Under the pieces are notes generated by a model. That model worked only from the letters and a program-made list of their open reading frames with translations. It was not told the DNA's origin and did not search any database. A stretch of 64,000 nt of DNA, from contig OY969767.1 in assembly GCA_963702895.1 (NCBI GenBank), positions 1,536,001-1,600,000 on the forward strand. The letters run 5' to 3'. This document shows, one piece after another, positions 38,662-48,113 of the stretch (position 1 is its first letter; the number at the start of each line of letters is the position of its first letter). Source of the stretch: an uncultured Elusimicrobia bacterium (GTDB taxonomy: Bacteria; Elusimicrobiota; Elusimicrobia; 2-01-FULL-59-12). The translations under genes and the position numbers were made by a program.

Positions 38662-39846
38662 TTAGGATGGGAACAGCACATCCAGGCCTTCCTGCCAGGG
38701 TAGGATGTGAATGCCATGCGCCAAGCGCGGCCGGGGGGCGTTGGAGAAACAGTAGAGTTTTGCTTTGGGGTTTTCTTTCTGGAAGGCCAGAAGCCCTTTG
38801 AGTTCCTGTTCGGCCGGCGCCTCGCCGGATTTGATCTCGATGGCAACTGGCGCCTCCGCCGTATTGCGATAAAGGATCACATCCACCTCTAGGCCGGTGT
38901 TGGTCCGCCAATAAGCGAACCGGTATCCGGCGTCCGTATAGTCATTCAGGCGGATCATTTCGAGGAGGACCCAGGACTCGAACAGCTTGCCATAGCGGAA
39001 GGATCTCGAGCGCAGCTCGGTGCGCAATTCTCCCCGAAGGGCGTTCAGTACCCCGCAATCGAAGAAATAGAACTTGGGCGCCTGCATCAACTGCCGGCGC
39101 ACGGAGGTGGACCATCCGTCCAGCCGGAAGGCGATCAGCGTATCCTCGAGAATGGAAAAATAATCCTGAATGGTCGGGACCGAGGCAATACCCTGGCGGG
39201 CCATCTTGGAAAAATTCACCGGTTCCCCGTGCGCCTGTGCCGCGAATTCCAGAAATCGCGTAAAACGATCCAGCTTGCGAACCAGCGCTTCCTGCTGGAT
39301 TTCCTCTTTCAGATAGGTTCCCACGTAGGCGTCCAGCCAGGCTTCGGGTTTCGCTTCCGAAAGGTAGAGTCCTGGCAACGTCCCGAACTGCAGAGCCTTA
39401 GCCAGATCCAAACGCACTTCTCGGTGCGTCAAAGGATGCAGATGAGTGACATAAGCCCGACCCGCCAGGAGATTGGCGCCGCCTCGCTTGAGCTTGCGGG
39501 CGCTGGAGCCGGTCAGGAGAAACTGAACGTCTTTGGAACTCTCATTAAACAGGGAATGAACGACATCCAGCAGAGCGGGCACTTTCTGAACTTCATCGAT
39601 GAGCACAAAAAGAGGCTTTCCCGGCCTGCGCTCCCAGGCGGCATGAACTTCTTCTTTCAACGCCCCAGGGTGTTTGAGGTAACGTAAAAACGCCTTCTGA
39701 TCAAGGAGATCAATGGACAGAGCCGGCGGTCGCGTCTGAACCAACGCTTGAGCCAGATGTGTTTTTCCTGTTCCGCGCGCGCCAAAGAGGAAGGAAGAAC
39801 CCTCCTTCCCCAGAAGTTTTCCCAAGTCCAAGAGCCTCTTAACCAT
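38662..39846 (-). CDS. AAA_14 ATPase with DUF4143 domain, paralog 3
   Basis: GARGTGKT, LIDEVQK, TGSSARKLKRGGANLLAGRA, KFYFFDCGV, EVDVI...IEIKS. Confidence 0.9.
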   Translation of the reverse strand: MVKRLLDLGKLLGKEGSSFLFGARGTGKTHLAQALVQTRPPALSIDLLDQKAFLRYLKHPGALKEEVHAAWERRPGKPLFVLIDEVQKVPALLDVVHSLFNESSKDVQFLLTGSSARKLKRGGANLLAGRAYVTHLHPLTHREVRLDLAKALQFGTLPGLYLSEAKPEAWLDAYVGTYLKEEIQQEALVRKLDRFTRFLEFAAQAHGEPVNFSKMARQGIASVPTIQDYFSILEDTLIAFRLDGWSTSVRRQLMQAPKFYFFDCGVLNALRGELRTELRSRSFRYGKLFESWVLLEMIRLNDYTDAGYRFAYWRTNTGLEVDVILYRNTAEAPVAIEIKSGEAPAEQELKGLLAFQKENPKAKLYCFSNAPRPRLAHGIHILPWQEGLDVLFPS

Positions 39847-39907
39847 GGTTTAAATATATCATATATATGTAAAGTCCTCTATAGGCTCCATCGCAGTGGC
39901 CGGGATT

Positions 39908-40996
39908 CTAACGGCCCCAGGAGTGCGTATAGACCGTCGCGACCGTTTGGAAATCCGCGCCGGTGCGCGTGACAATCCCATTACTGTAGTTGATCCCCAC
40001 AGAATCCCACCGCGACAGCGCCATCGTGAGAGTCCCCCCCAGACGGTGATTGGTTTGAAGGTCCGCTCTTTCGGCGCCATTGACACTTGTCTGACCGCCG
40101 GAAGCGATCCCATAGTTAAAAGCCAGCCATATCTTCTTGTCTAACGAATAGATGACGTCGCCCTTGAGATAGGCGATCGGCTTTTGAGTGAGCTCTTTGC
40201 CTCCGAAATAGTTATGGTTCGTCGTGAAGAACCAGGCTCCTCCCGCGACTTCGGCGCACCAAGGCCCCCAGGCCCGCGACACGCCGGTTTCCGGACGAAA
40301 CGACCAGCGGTTCGCCCCCAGGTTGATCATGCGCGTGGAATCATACTGTCCCAAGGGCGCCGCCATCATGAAACTCAGGCCCCAAATGGTGCGTTGTTGG
40401 TAACTCTGAAACTCTGACCGGCGGAGTGCCGGCGCGCCCGCCAAATTTACGGTTAAGCGAAAACGAGGATCAATGAGCCCCTGCGGATCGCGGGTCATGA
40501 ATTGGCCGTCCACCAAGCCCTCGTAATGGCCCCACGCCACCGCCGTGACGGCATCCGCGCGCGCCATTCGGCCGAAGAGGTTGAAATATCGTGCATACAA
40601 CATCAACGCCCCATGGAGATGTGCTTTCGCATCTTCAAGGGGGACCTGACTGTCTTCCGCAAGAATATTCCCACCGGTGTAGGCATAGCCGAGGGATAAG
40701 GCATTCAGGCCTACAGGCGCGTTCCTGTACAGACCCGGCTCGAGCTCCAGGGCATGGGCCACTGCCGCCGAATAGAGCACGAGTAGACCCAGGAGAAGTT
40801 CGCCCAGTCGCTTATGCTTGCAGTGCAAGACTTTTGTGTTCGGCAAGATGCCTACTGTTCTTCGGGTTGGATAGGTTGTAGCCTCACTTGGCGGCCCTTC
40901 CACGTCCGGTTCGCCAGCAGGCAATTCTTCATAGCACAACGCTGATACGCACTCGATATTCTCAATCTGACAGGCTCTTTCTATGATCGGCCTCAT
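39908..40996 (-). CDS. Outer-membrane transporter (Phenol_MetA_deg-like barrel); true start probably downstream, near 40830
   Basis: ELEPGLYRNAPVG, DPRFRL.VNL.GAPAL, APLGQYD...INLGANRWSFRPE.G. Confidence 0.8.
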   Translation of the reverse strand: MRPIIERACQIENIECVSALCYEELPAGEPDVEGPPSEATTYPTRRTVGILPNTKVLHCKHKRLGELLLGLLVLYSAAVAHALELEPGLYRNAPVGLNALSLGYAYTGGNILAEDSQVPLEDAKAHLHGALMLYARYFNLFGRMARADAVTAVAWGHYEGLVDGQFMTRDPQGLIDPRFRLTVNLAGAPALRRSEFQSYQQRTIWGLSFMMAAPLGQYDSTRMINLGANRWSFRPETGVSRAWGPWCAEVAGGAWFFTTNHNYFGGKELTQKPIAYLKGDVIYSLDKKIWLAFNYGIASGGQTSVNGAERADLQTNHRLGGTLTMALSRWDSVGINYSNGIVTRTGADFQTVATVYTHSWGR

Positions 40997-43424
40997 TTTT
41001 CGCTTTGGCTGCGGCCGCCTGATCTGACGACTTCAAATCGGCCACCGTAATGACCAACTTTGGAATATGGCCAGTGAATTTTGATTTCCGCTCAGCGCCA
41101 ATGGTTTCCACCACAGGCGAGGCAAGGTCAATGCCGACATCCGCGGTTTCATCCGCCGAGAAGATGGCCGGCTGGGTCCGGTCAACGCGCCCTTGCGCGA
41201 CTTTTTGTCCATTGACGCTGATCGTGCCAAGGCCCCCTTTGCCGAGACCGCCGCCGTCATAGGTAAAATCAAGCTTGACGGTAGCTTTGCCCGGCTTCAG
41301 TTTATTCTTCCCAGCGACCGTATAGCGCTGCATGCCGAGAAAGTTGTAGTCGAAAGAGGGGACGCCTTCGTTCACATACAGAGCAAAACCGCCAAAGCGT
41401 CCGCCCTGGGCAAAGACGATCCCATGTGCGCCCTTTTCAGGCACCTCAATGTCTGCCGTGATGGTATAAGACCGGTTCTTCATGTCCAGGAACGTATTCT
41501 CCGTCATCGCAACCATTCCTTCGGCCAGCGTAATGGAGTTCCTCCCGGGCATCAGCTCGGGGCGGCCCACATTGGCGGCAGTGAGGCGGTCAAAGAGCCG
41601 GTCATCGATCGGCAGCGCGTAGTTTTTCCCCGCCACCTTCATGAAGAGATCCTGAAGCTCGGCTAATTTCTTCGGCTCCTTCTTCGCCAAGTCGTGAACC
41701 AGGCTAAAGTCCTTGTTCAGATCATAGAGCTCCCAGATATCGTCTTTCAGCGGTCGGCGAGGCGTCGCCTCCCAGGGCGCGCGGTGGATGGTCCTGGCAT
41801 ACCAGCCGTCCTTGTACATCGCCCGGTTTCCGAACATCTCGAAATACTGTTCGGTGTGCCGGTCCTTTGCCCTGCCGTTGTTGAAGGAGTAGAGCATGCT
41901 GAGGCCGTCTATCGGGCGCTGCGCAACGCCGTTGACCACCTTGGGCTCCGGCAGCCCGGCCGCTTCAAGGATCGTTGGCGCCACATCGATCACGTGATGG
42001 AACTGCCGGCGGATTTCACCCTTGGCTTTGATGCCTTTAGGCCAACGAATCGTCGTGCCGACTTTCGTGCCGCCCGGATCGGAGCCAATCTGCTTGGTCC
42101 AGGTGTAGGGGGTATCGAGCGCGACCGCCCAGCCCGCTGCCATATGCGGATAGGTCATGGGGCCGCCCCATTGATCCATTTTCTTGAGCATGTCTTCGAC
42201 CTTCTCCTGGACGCCGTTAAAGTAGGTCATCTCGCTAAACATCCCGTTGGCTCCGCCTTCGGCGCTCGTCCCGTTGTCGCCGTAGACGAGAATGATCATG
42301 GTGTTGTCACGCTGTCCCGTTTCATCGATGGCCTTGATCAGCCGGCCGATGTGGTAGTCCGAGTATTCCAGATAAGCGGCGAACACTTCCATCTGCCGCG
42401 CGTAGAGCTTCTTCTGATCCGGAGAGAGCGTGTTCCAGTCGGGGATGGCCGCCGGTTTGGGAGCCAGAGGCGTTCCCTTGGGCGTGATGCCGAGCTTGAT
42501 CTGGCGCGCGAGGATTTCCTCGCGCATCTTGTCCCATCCGCCATCAAACTTTCCTTTGAAGTGCGCGATCCACTCTTGGGGGGCATGATGCGGCGCATGC
42601 GTGGCACCCGGCGCGAAATACATGAAGAAGGGCTTCTCGGGGCTGAGCGCCTTCAAGTGCTTAACCCAGGCAATCGATTTGTCGGTCATGTCCTGCATGA
42701 AATGGTAATTCGGGTCTTCGGGCATCTCGACAGGCGTGGTGCCGTCATAAACAAACGGCGCCCACTGGTTCGTTTCGCCTCCCAGAAAACCGTAAAACTT
42801 GTCGAACCCCTGGCGCGTCGGCCAGCGGTCGAAGGGGCCCGCCATCGTGGCTTCCCAGGCGGCCAGTTCGTGCCATTTACCGAAGGCGCCGGTCGCGTAG
42901 CCGTTTAAGCGCAGCGTCTCGGCCACGGGCGTCACGTTCTGCGGGATCTTCCCCGTATTGCCGGGAAAGGCCGTGCCCGTCTCGATGATGGATCCCATAT
43001 TGTTGACGTGGTGGTTGCGTCCGCTCTTTAAGGCCGCGCGCGTGGGCGAGGAGACAGCGCAGGTATGGAAGTTGTTGTAACGCAGGCCCTCCTTGGCGAT
43101 CTGGTCAAATGCTTTAGTCTCGACAGGTCCGCCAAAGGCGCTCGTGCCTCCGAAACCGAGGTCATCCATTAAAACGAGGAGCACGTTCGGCGCGCCGGCC
43201 GGAGCGTTGACGTTGAAGGCGGGAGGTGCCTTCGCGTTTCGGACGTCGAGAATATAGCTGGTAGGAGCCTCCGGCTCCCGAATCGGAAGAACGCTGCGGT
43301 CGATCGGCGTCCGGGTGTCGGAGGCCGCGGCGAAAGCGGGCCCCATGTTGCCGACAAGCAAAGCGCCTGTCGAAAAGCACGCACCGAGACGAGTCATCTT
43401 GATTTCCAAGTTTTTCATTTTCAT
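40962..43424 (-). CDS. Arylsulfatase, Ser-type, with C-terminal extension
   Basis: PNVLLVLMDDLG, SSPTRAALKSGR (S-x-P-x-R), FGKWH, GATHAPH, GDNG, WELYDL; signal peptide. Confidence 0.93.
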   Translation of the reverse strand: MKMKNLEIKMTRLGACFSTGALLVGNMGPAFAAASDTRTPIDRSVLPIREPEAPTSYILDVRNAKAPPAFNVNAPAGAPNVLLVLMDDLGFGGTSAFGGPVETKAFDQIAKEGLRYNNFHTCAVSSPTRAALKSGRNHHVNNMGSIIETGTAFPGNTGKIPQNVTPVAETLRLNGYATGAFGKWHELAAWEATMAGPFDRWPTRQGFDKFYGFLGGETNQWAPFVYDGTTPVEMPEDPNYHFMQDMTDKSIAWVKHLKALSPEKPFFMYFAPGATHAPHHAPQEWIAHFKGKFDGGWDKMREEILARQIKLGITPKGTPLAPKPAAIPDWNTLSPDQKKLYARQMEVFAAYLEYSDYHIGRLIKAIDETGQRDNTMIILVYGDNGTSAEGGANGMFSEMTYFNGVQEKVEDMLKKMDQWGGPMTYPHMAAGWAVALDTPYTWTKQIGSDPGGTKVGTTIRWPKGIKAKGEIRRQFHHVIDVAPTILEAAGLPEPKVVNGVAQRPIDGLSMLYSFNNGRAKDRHTEQYFEMFGNRAMYKDGWYARTIHRAPWEATPRRPLKDDIWELYDLNKDFSLVHDLAKKEPKKLAELQDLFMKVAGKNYALPIDDRLFDRLTAANVGRPELMPGRNSITLAEGMVAMTENTFLDMKNRSYTITADIEVPEKGAHGIVFAQGGRFGGFALYVNEGVPSFDYNFLGMQRYTVAGKNKLKPGKATVKLDFTYDGGGLGKGGLGTISVNGQKVAQGRVDRTQPAIFSADETADVGIDLASPVVETIGAERKSKFTGHIPKLVITVADLKSSDQAAAAKAKNEADHRKSLSD

Positions 43425-43448
43425 GTCTCCCTGTTGTTGGATGTCTGC

Positions 43449-44612
43449 TTATGAACTTAGGTCTATTTCCTGGAGTCCCCTCATCCAGGGAAGGCAGTGA
43501 ACCCTACCGATTTTCTTGGGATGAGGATCCAGCGAAAAACAAAACGCGCGGCTGCCCGCCAGATTCGACTGGAAGCGGGCCAGGCTCAACACATCCCGTT
43601 CTCCCACCCGGTCCGTTGACTTGATTTCAATCAAGAGAAGCGGGTCCCCGGGCCGCTCGAGGATCAGATCCACCTCGGCATCGTCCTTCGTCCTCAAGTA
43701 CGAAAGGCTGAAGTCCTTTTGGAGATAGTCGTTGAGCCGGGCTATTTCAAGAACCAGGAGATGTTCGAAGGCATTTCCAAACTCGGTTGAGCGCGGCTCC
43801 AGGGAATGGTGGAACGAACGTTCCAGCGCCCGCTTGACTCCCGTATCAAACAGGTAGAACTTCGGATGGCTTTGCTGACGCTTGCGGATCGATCGATGAA
43901 ACGCGGGCAGGCGCCATCCCACCAGCGTATCTTCCAGAATCCCAAAATACATCTGTACGGTATGCGGGTCCACGCCAACGTCCTGGGCGATTCTCGCGTA
44001 GTTGAGGATCTGGCCATTCGATTGAGCCGCGACCTCGAGAAACCCCCGGAAGGGATTGAGCTTCCGCACGATCTGTTCCGCGGCGATTTCTTCTTTAAGG
44101 TAGGTGAGGCTGTACGCGCGCAGAAAGCTCGCTTTTTCCTCATCGCTGGCCAGCTGATACACTTTGGGAAGCGAACCCCATCGCAGCACGTCAAGCAGAT
44201 CAAACCGCTCGCCGATCTCCCGGTGGGTCAGCGGATGGAGATGATGAACAAACGCCCGTCCGGCCAAAAGGTTAGACACGCCGCGCTTGAGTTTCCTGGG
44301 GCTTGATCCGGTCAGCGCGAATCGCCGTGCCGACTTTTCAATCAGGCGGTGGACCAGGTCCAGGAGCCGCGGCGCCTTCTGGATCTCATCGATGACCACC
44401 CATTGGATTGCCGCCGGCAAGGCCGCGACCCGGCGCTCCAACTCCAGGGGGTCCCGGTTGAAAAGATCCTCTTCGACGGGATTGAGCAGATCGTAGACCT
44501 CGGCACGCTGGGCCGGCAGCTGGTGACTGAGCAACGTGGACTTGCCCGTGCCCCGGGGCCCGAACAGAAAGAAAGACTGCGTTTTGGATACGGAAAGAAG
44601 TCTTTGGAACAT
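43449..44612 (-). CDS. AAA_14 ATPase with DUF4143 domain, paralog 4
   Basis: GPRGTGKS, VIDEIQK, TGSSPRKL, KFYLFDTGV, EVDLI...IEIKS. Confidence 0.9.
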   Translation of the reverse strand: MFQRLLSVSKTQSFFLFGPRGTGKSTLLSHQLPAQRAEVYDLLNPVEEDLFNRDPLELERRVAALPAAIQWVVIDEIQKAPRLLDLVHRLIEKSARRFALTGSSPRKLKRGVSNLLAGRAFVHHLHPLTHREIGERFDLLDVLRWGSLPKVYQLASDEEKASFLRAYSLTYLKEEIAAEQIVRKLNPFRGFLEVAAQSNGQILNYARIAQDVGVDPHTVQMYFGILEDTLVGWRLPAFHRSIRKRQQSHPKFYLFDTGVKRALERSFHHSLEPRSTEFGNAFEHLLVLEIARLNDYLQKDFSLSYLRTKDDAEVDLILERPGDPLLLIEIKSTDRVGERDVLSLARFQSNLAGSRAFCFSLDPHPKKIGRVHCLPWMRGLQEIDLSS

Positions 44613-44649
44613 GCTCCATAATCGTACGCCATTTATGGAGTACGGTCAA
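44613..44649 (-). promoter_or_regulatory. Sigma70-like promoter with overlapping inverted repeat
   Basis: TTGACC-N17-TACGAT, 8 nt before ATG; CTCCATAA-N11-TTATGGAG inverted repeat at 44614-44640. Confidence 0.6.
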
Positions 44650-44816
44650 CCTCGTTGTTTTCGGCCCGTTTCAGCCGCGCGCGGGGCGCACAGGGTCGTC
44701 CCGCTTCTCATTCAGCTGTCGTTTAAAAAATCCACCGCAACGTCACCGTAATCAAGTGCAACGCCGTGTTAGGGTACATGCCGGCGCGATCGATGGGACC
44801 TGGCTCTGATCAGTTC

Positions 44817-44984
44817 CTATCGCCCGGCCATTCGTTGGACGGGATTGACGGGGGTTTGACGCAGACCTGCGGCTATCTTATCCACTTTTAGCAGCACGTG
44901 TTTAAAGTAATTTTTGAAACCACGGCAAAGGTAATTAAGTCCCGGTTCGCCGTCCTCGGCGCGGAGGATGCGGTTCTTGGGACA
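44817..44984 (-). pseudogene. Orphan duplicate of the anSME 3' end (55 codons plus stop)
   Basis: Translates CPKNRILRAEDGEPGLNYLCRGFKNYFKHVLLKVDKIAAGLRQTPVNPVQRMAGR*, matching the anSME tail at 46353-46511. Confidence 0.9.
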
Positions 44985-44989
44985 CGTCT

Positions 44990-46162
44990 TCAAAAAACCT
45001 CGCCTGCGCGAAGTTGGCGCAGGAATTCAACCACGGGAAGGACGTCGAAGCCGTTGACGTGAAGGGTTTGCGTCCCTGCATAGACGCCGATCATGCGCTC
45101 CACGTTCACTTTCGGCTCGGCCGCCAGCGCACGGATCGGCCTTTCCCATTCGCTTTTCCAACGCTCGGAAAGTTTGACTTCAATGCAGATGAGGCGAGAA
45201 GGCTTATCGCCTTGGACGCTTTGGCGCTCAATAACAAAGTCAATTTCCTGATTGCCAGTCGTCCGGTAGTAGGCGATCTTTCGATGCTTGCGTGACACTT
45301 CGTTGTAGACCCGCAGTTCATGGAAGACCCATGTTTCCAGGGCATGGCCCTTGACCTGGCTGTCCAGGGGGTCGAAGAGGCGTCCGGCGGCCGCCCGCGC
45401 AACCCCCGCGTCAAACCAGTAGAACTTGGCGTGGGCACGCTCGCGCACCTTAAGTCTTGGCTGATACGCCGGCAGGAAATGCCCCACCAGAGTGTCCACC
45501 AGGATCGAAAAATATCCGTCCACGCTGGCCCTGGGCACGGCGGCTTCGCGGGCGATGTTCGATCCGTTCACAATGTGCCCGTTCAACTGTCCGGCGATGG
45601 TCAAGAACCGCACAAACGGGGGGTATTGGCGGACGATACCCTCTTCCTTGATTTCTTCACGCAGATAGGTATGTAAATACGCGGCTAATGTATCCGGAGC
45701 GTTCTCGCGCCGGGTCCAGACCAAAGGCAGCGAACCCCATTGAAGCGCATGCTCCGAATTCCAATCACCCTCCAATTCAGCGGCCGTAAGCCCCTCCAGG
45801 TTTTTTTCCAACGCGCGCCCCGCCAGCATATCGGCACCACCTCGGCGAAGTTTCCGCGCGGAAGAGCCGCAAAGGGCGAACCGCCACCGCTGGCTTTCCA
45901 TTAATCGGTGAACTTCATTCAGCAGCAGGGGGATTTTCTGAATCTCATCCAGCACCACCCATGATTCTGCCGGACGCTTCCCAATCAGCGCTTCCAACCG
46001 GTGAGGCTCGCGAGTCAGCTGAAGTGCCAGGGATGTATCAAGGAGATCAAACGTGAGCGCCTCAGGGAAGAACTGCTTGAGCCAAGTGCTTTTTCCTGCT
46101 CCTCTCGGACCAAAAAGGAAAAAAGACTGCTCTGGACGCTCCAGAAGACGATTCCACACCAT
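44990..46162 (-). CDS. AAA_14 ATPase with DUF4143 domain, paralog 5
   Basis: GPRGAGKS, VLDEIQK, CGSSARKLRRGG, KFYWFDAGV, EIDFV...IEVK. Confidence 0.9.
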   Translation of the reverse strand: MVWNRLLERPEQSFFLFGPRGAGKSTWLKQFFPEALTFDLLDTSLALQLTREPHRLEALIGKRPAESWVVLDEIQKIPLLLNEVHRLMESQRWRFALCGSSARKLRRGGADMLAGRALEKNLEGLTAAELEGDWNSEHALQWGSLPLVWTRRENAPDTLAAYLHTYLREEIKEEGIVRQYPPFVRFLTIAGQLNGHIVNGSNIAREAAVPRASVDGYFSILVDTLVGHFLPAYQPRLKVRERAHAKFYWFDAGVARAAAGRLFDPLDSQVKGHALETWVFHELRVYNEVSRKHRKIAYYRTTGNQEIDFVIERQSVQGDKPSRLICIEVKLSERWKSEWERPIRALAAEPKVNVERMIGVYAGTQTLHVNGFDVLPVVEFLRQLRAGEVF

Positions 46163-46187
46163 AGTGTTAATAATTATTACATTTAAT

Positions 46188-46212
46188 TGTAAATATGCAA
46201 TACATATTTACA
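46188..46212. promoter_or_regulatory. Perfect inverted repeat upstream of AAA paralog 5 (operator candidate)
   Basis: TGTAAATATG-caata-CATATTTACA within an AT-rich patch. Confidence 0.55.
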
Positions 46213-46352
46213 TGATGTTTTCTGCTCCGGGGATTCGCCAACCCCTTGTCTGCCTTCCCCGCTTCACAGAGCCTAATCCATCCTGCCCGACGCGGGAGAT
46301 CGGTGCGAGAATAACAACAGCGAGAACAGCCATGCGGCACATTCGGTTTATC

Positions 46353-47630
46353 TTAAAACCTCACTTTGAGATCGTTTGGTGTTGCGCGCAACCCCGCCAC
46401 AATCTTATCGACTTTCGGCAGCACGTGTTTAAAGTATTTTTTGAAACCACGGCAAAGGTAATTAAGTCCCGGTTCGCCGTCTTCGGTGCGGAGGATCCGG
46501 TTCTTTGGGCACTCCCCCCAGCAGTCGCTGAGATAAGGACACTTCCGGCAATACCCAGGCAGCGTTTCGTTTTTCGCATAGCCGAATCGGACCTGGGTCG
46601 GCGAGAAGACGAGCTCTGATAATTTCTGATTCGTAATCGTGCCGGTGCGGTACTCCGGATAGACGTAATGGTCGCAGGCGTAAACGCTTCCGTCGTGTTC
46701 GATGGCCAGCCCCTTGCCACAGATGTCGTTGTAGACGCACATCTGGGACCCCTGGCCCATGTGCTGGGACACCAGCGACTCGAAGTGATTCACCAGCACC
46801 TTTCCTAAATCCTTCTGGCACCACTCCTGGAACACCTTGATCAGAAAATCTCCCCAATCGTAGGGATCCACTGACCAATCGGTCACAATCGATTGGGGGT
46901 GGCCGGGGCGAGCCTCAGGTGTTCCGTCGATCGGGAGATCTTCGGGACGCCACGTCTGCGGCGCCTGGGTGGTGAATTGTTTGTATTCGACGATCGGAAT
47001 AAACTGCAAGTACGTGGAATCCAGCTCCCTCCGCAGGAACCGGTAGACTTTTAGGGGCTCTTTGGCGTTGAAGCGGTTCACGCACGTCAGAGTGTTAAAC
47101 GGCACCCCGACGCGTTTCAAGAGCTTGGCCGCGGCAAAAACTTTATCGAACGTAGGTTGGCCACCTTTGGTAAGACGATACTTGTCATGGAACTCACGCG
47201 GGCCATCGATGCTGAGACCCACAAGGAACCGATGTTCTTTCAAGAACGCGGCCCACTCTTCATTCATGAGCGTGCCGTTCGTTTGAAGATCGTTTTCGAT
47301 GCGTTGTCCGGGTTTGGCGTATTTTTTCTCAAGCTCCACCACTTTGCGGTAAAACTCGAGGCCGCGGAGCATCGGCTCCCCGCCTTGCCAGGAGAACACG
47401 ACCTCATCGCCCGTCACGCCTTCCATATATTGCAGGATGAAATGTTCGAGAGTCTCGTCCGACATGAGGCCCGCGCCCGGGCCACCTGGCAGGGTTTCCT
47501 TGCTCAAATAGAAGCAGTACGTGCAACCCAGGTTACAGACGGAGCTGTTGGGTTTGGCCATGACATGGAAACGCCTTTGGCCGAGCTTACCCAACAGAGA
47601 AGGCATACTGTATGGGTCGATGGGACTCAA
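46353..47630 (-). CDS. Anaerobic sulfatase-maturating radical SAM enzyme (anSME/AtsB-like)
   Basis: CNLGCTYC, WQGGEP, LQTNG, GLSIDGP; SPASM cysteines CDHYV...CRKC...CWGECPKNR...NYLC. Confidence 0.93.
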   Translation of the reverse strand: MSPIDPYSMPSLLGKLGQRRFHVMAKPNSSVCNLGCTYCFYLSKETLPGGPGAGLMSDETLEHFILQYMEGVTGDEVVFSWQGGEPMLRGLEFYRKVVELEKKYAKPGQRIENDLQTNGTLMNEEWAAFLKEHRFLVGLSIDGPREFHDKYRLTKGGQPTFDKVFAAAKLLKRVGVPFNTLTCVNRFNAKEPLKVYRFLRRELDSTYLQFIPIVEYKQFTTQAPQTWRPEDLPIDGTPEARPGHPQSIVTDWSVDPYDWGDFLIKVFQEWCQKDLGKVLVNHFESLVSQHMGQGSQMCVYNDICGKGLAIEHDGSVYACDHYVYPEYRTGTITNQKLSELVFSPTQVRFGYAKNETLPGYCRKCPYLSDCWGECPKNRILRTEDGEPGLNYLCRGFKKYFKHVLPKVDKIVAGLRATPNDLKVRF

Positions 47631-48010
47631 GGCTTTAACCTCGAGAAGGTCACCTCATAGAGTTCCTTGTCAAGTGCCTGGTAATAGGTTCCCGTAAGCT
47701 GATCAGTTTTTGGGTCGTACGTTAGTTTATAAGTGGACCCGGGGTAGTTGACGTCGCGAAGTTCGATCAAAATACTGAGGGTTCCTTGCTTGTGCGTCGC
47801 GCGGGCCTTCGCCACATGAATCGACCTGGGGTTGAAGTAGAAGGCGTCCATCTCGCCACTGGCCTGCACGTCCTGGACTTCGATCACGTATCCGCCATCG
47901 GGTCGCAGCCATTTTCCTTGAAGCTTCTGGAAGCTGGCATTTGGAGCCGCCCATGCCAGAGGAACCAAGAGGAGAACAAGCGAAGCGAAGAGAACGCGAT
48001 TCAGGTTCAA
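47627..48010 (-). CDS. Exported hypothetical protein
   Basis: Signal peptide, GKWLRPDGGYVI, NYPGSTY.L.Y; 4-bp overlap with anSME. Confidence 0.75.
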   Translation of the reverse strand: MNLNRVLFASLVLLLVPLAWAAPNASFQKLQGKWLRPDGGYVIEVQDVQASGEMDAFYFNPRSIHVAKARATHKQGTLSILIELRDVNYPGSTYKLTYDPKTDQLTGTYYQALDKELYEVTFSRLKP

Positions 48011-48060
48011 CGTGTCAATTCCTTTCGCATGATGACGTTGGGAAGGCGGCTACATCAACC

Positions 48061-48087
48061 AGGGGACAGTCCTGGGACTGTCCCCTG
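48061..48087. repeat. GGGGACAGTCC-type REP palindrome
   Basis: aggggacagtcc-tg-ggactgtcccct. Confidence 0.65.
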
Positions 48088-48113
48088 ATTCTCCGGATGG
48101 TCAGAAAGATTAT

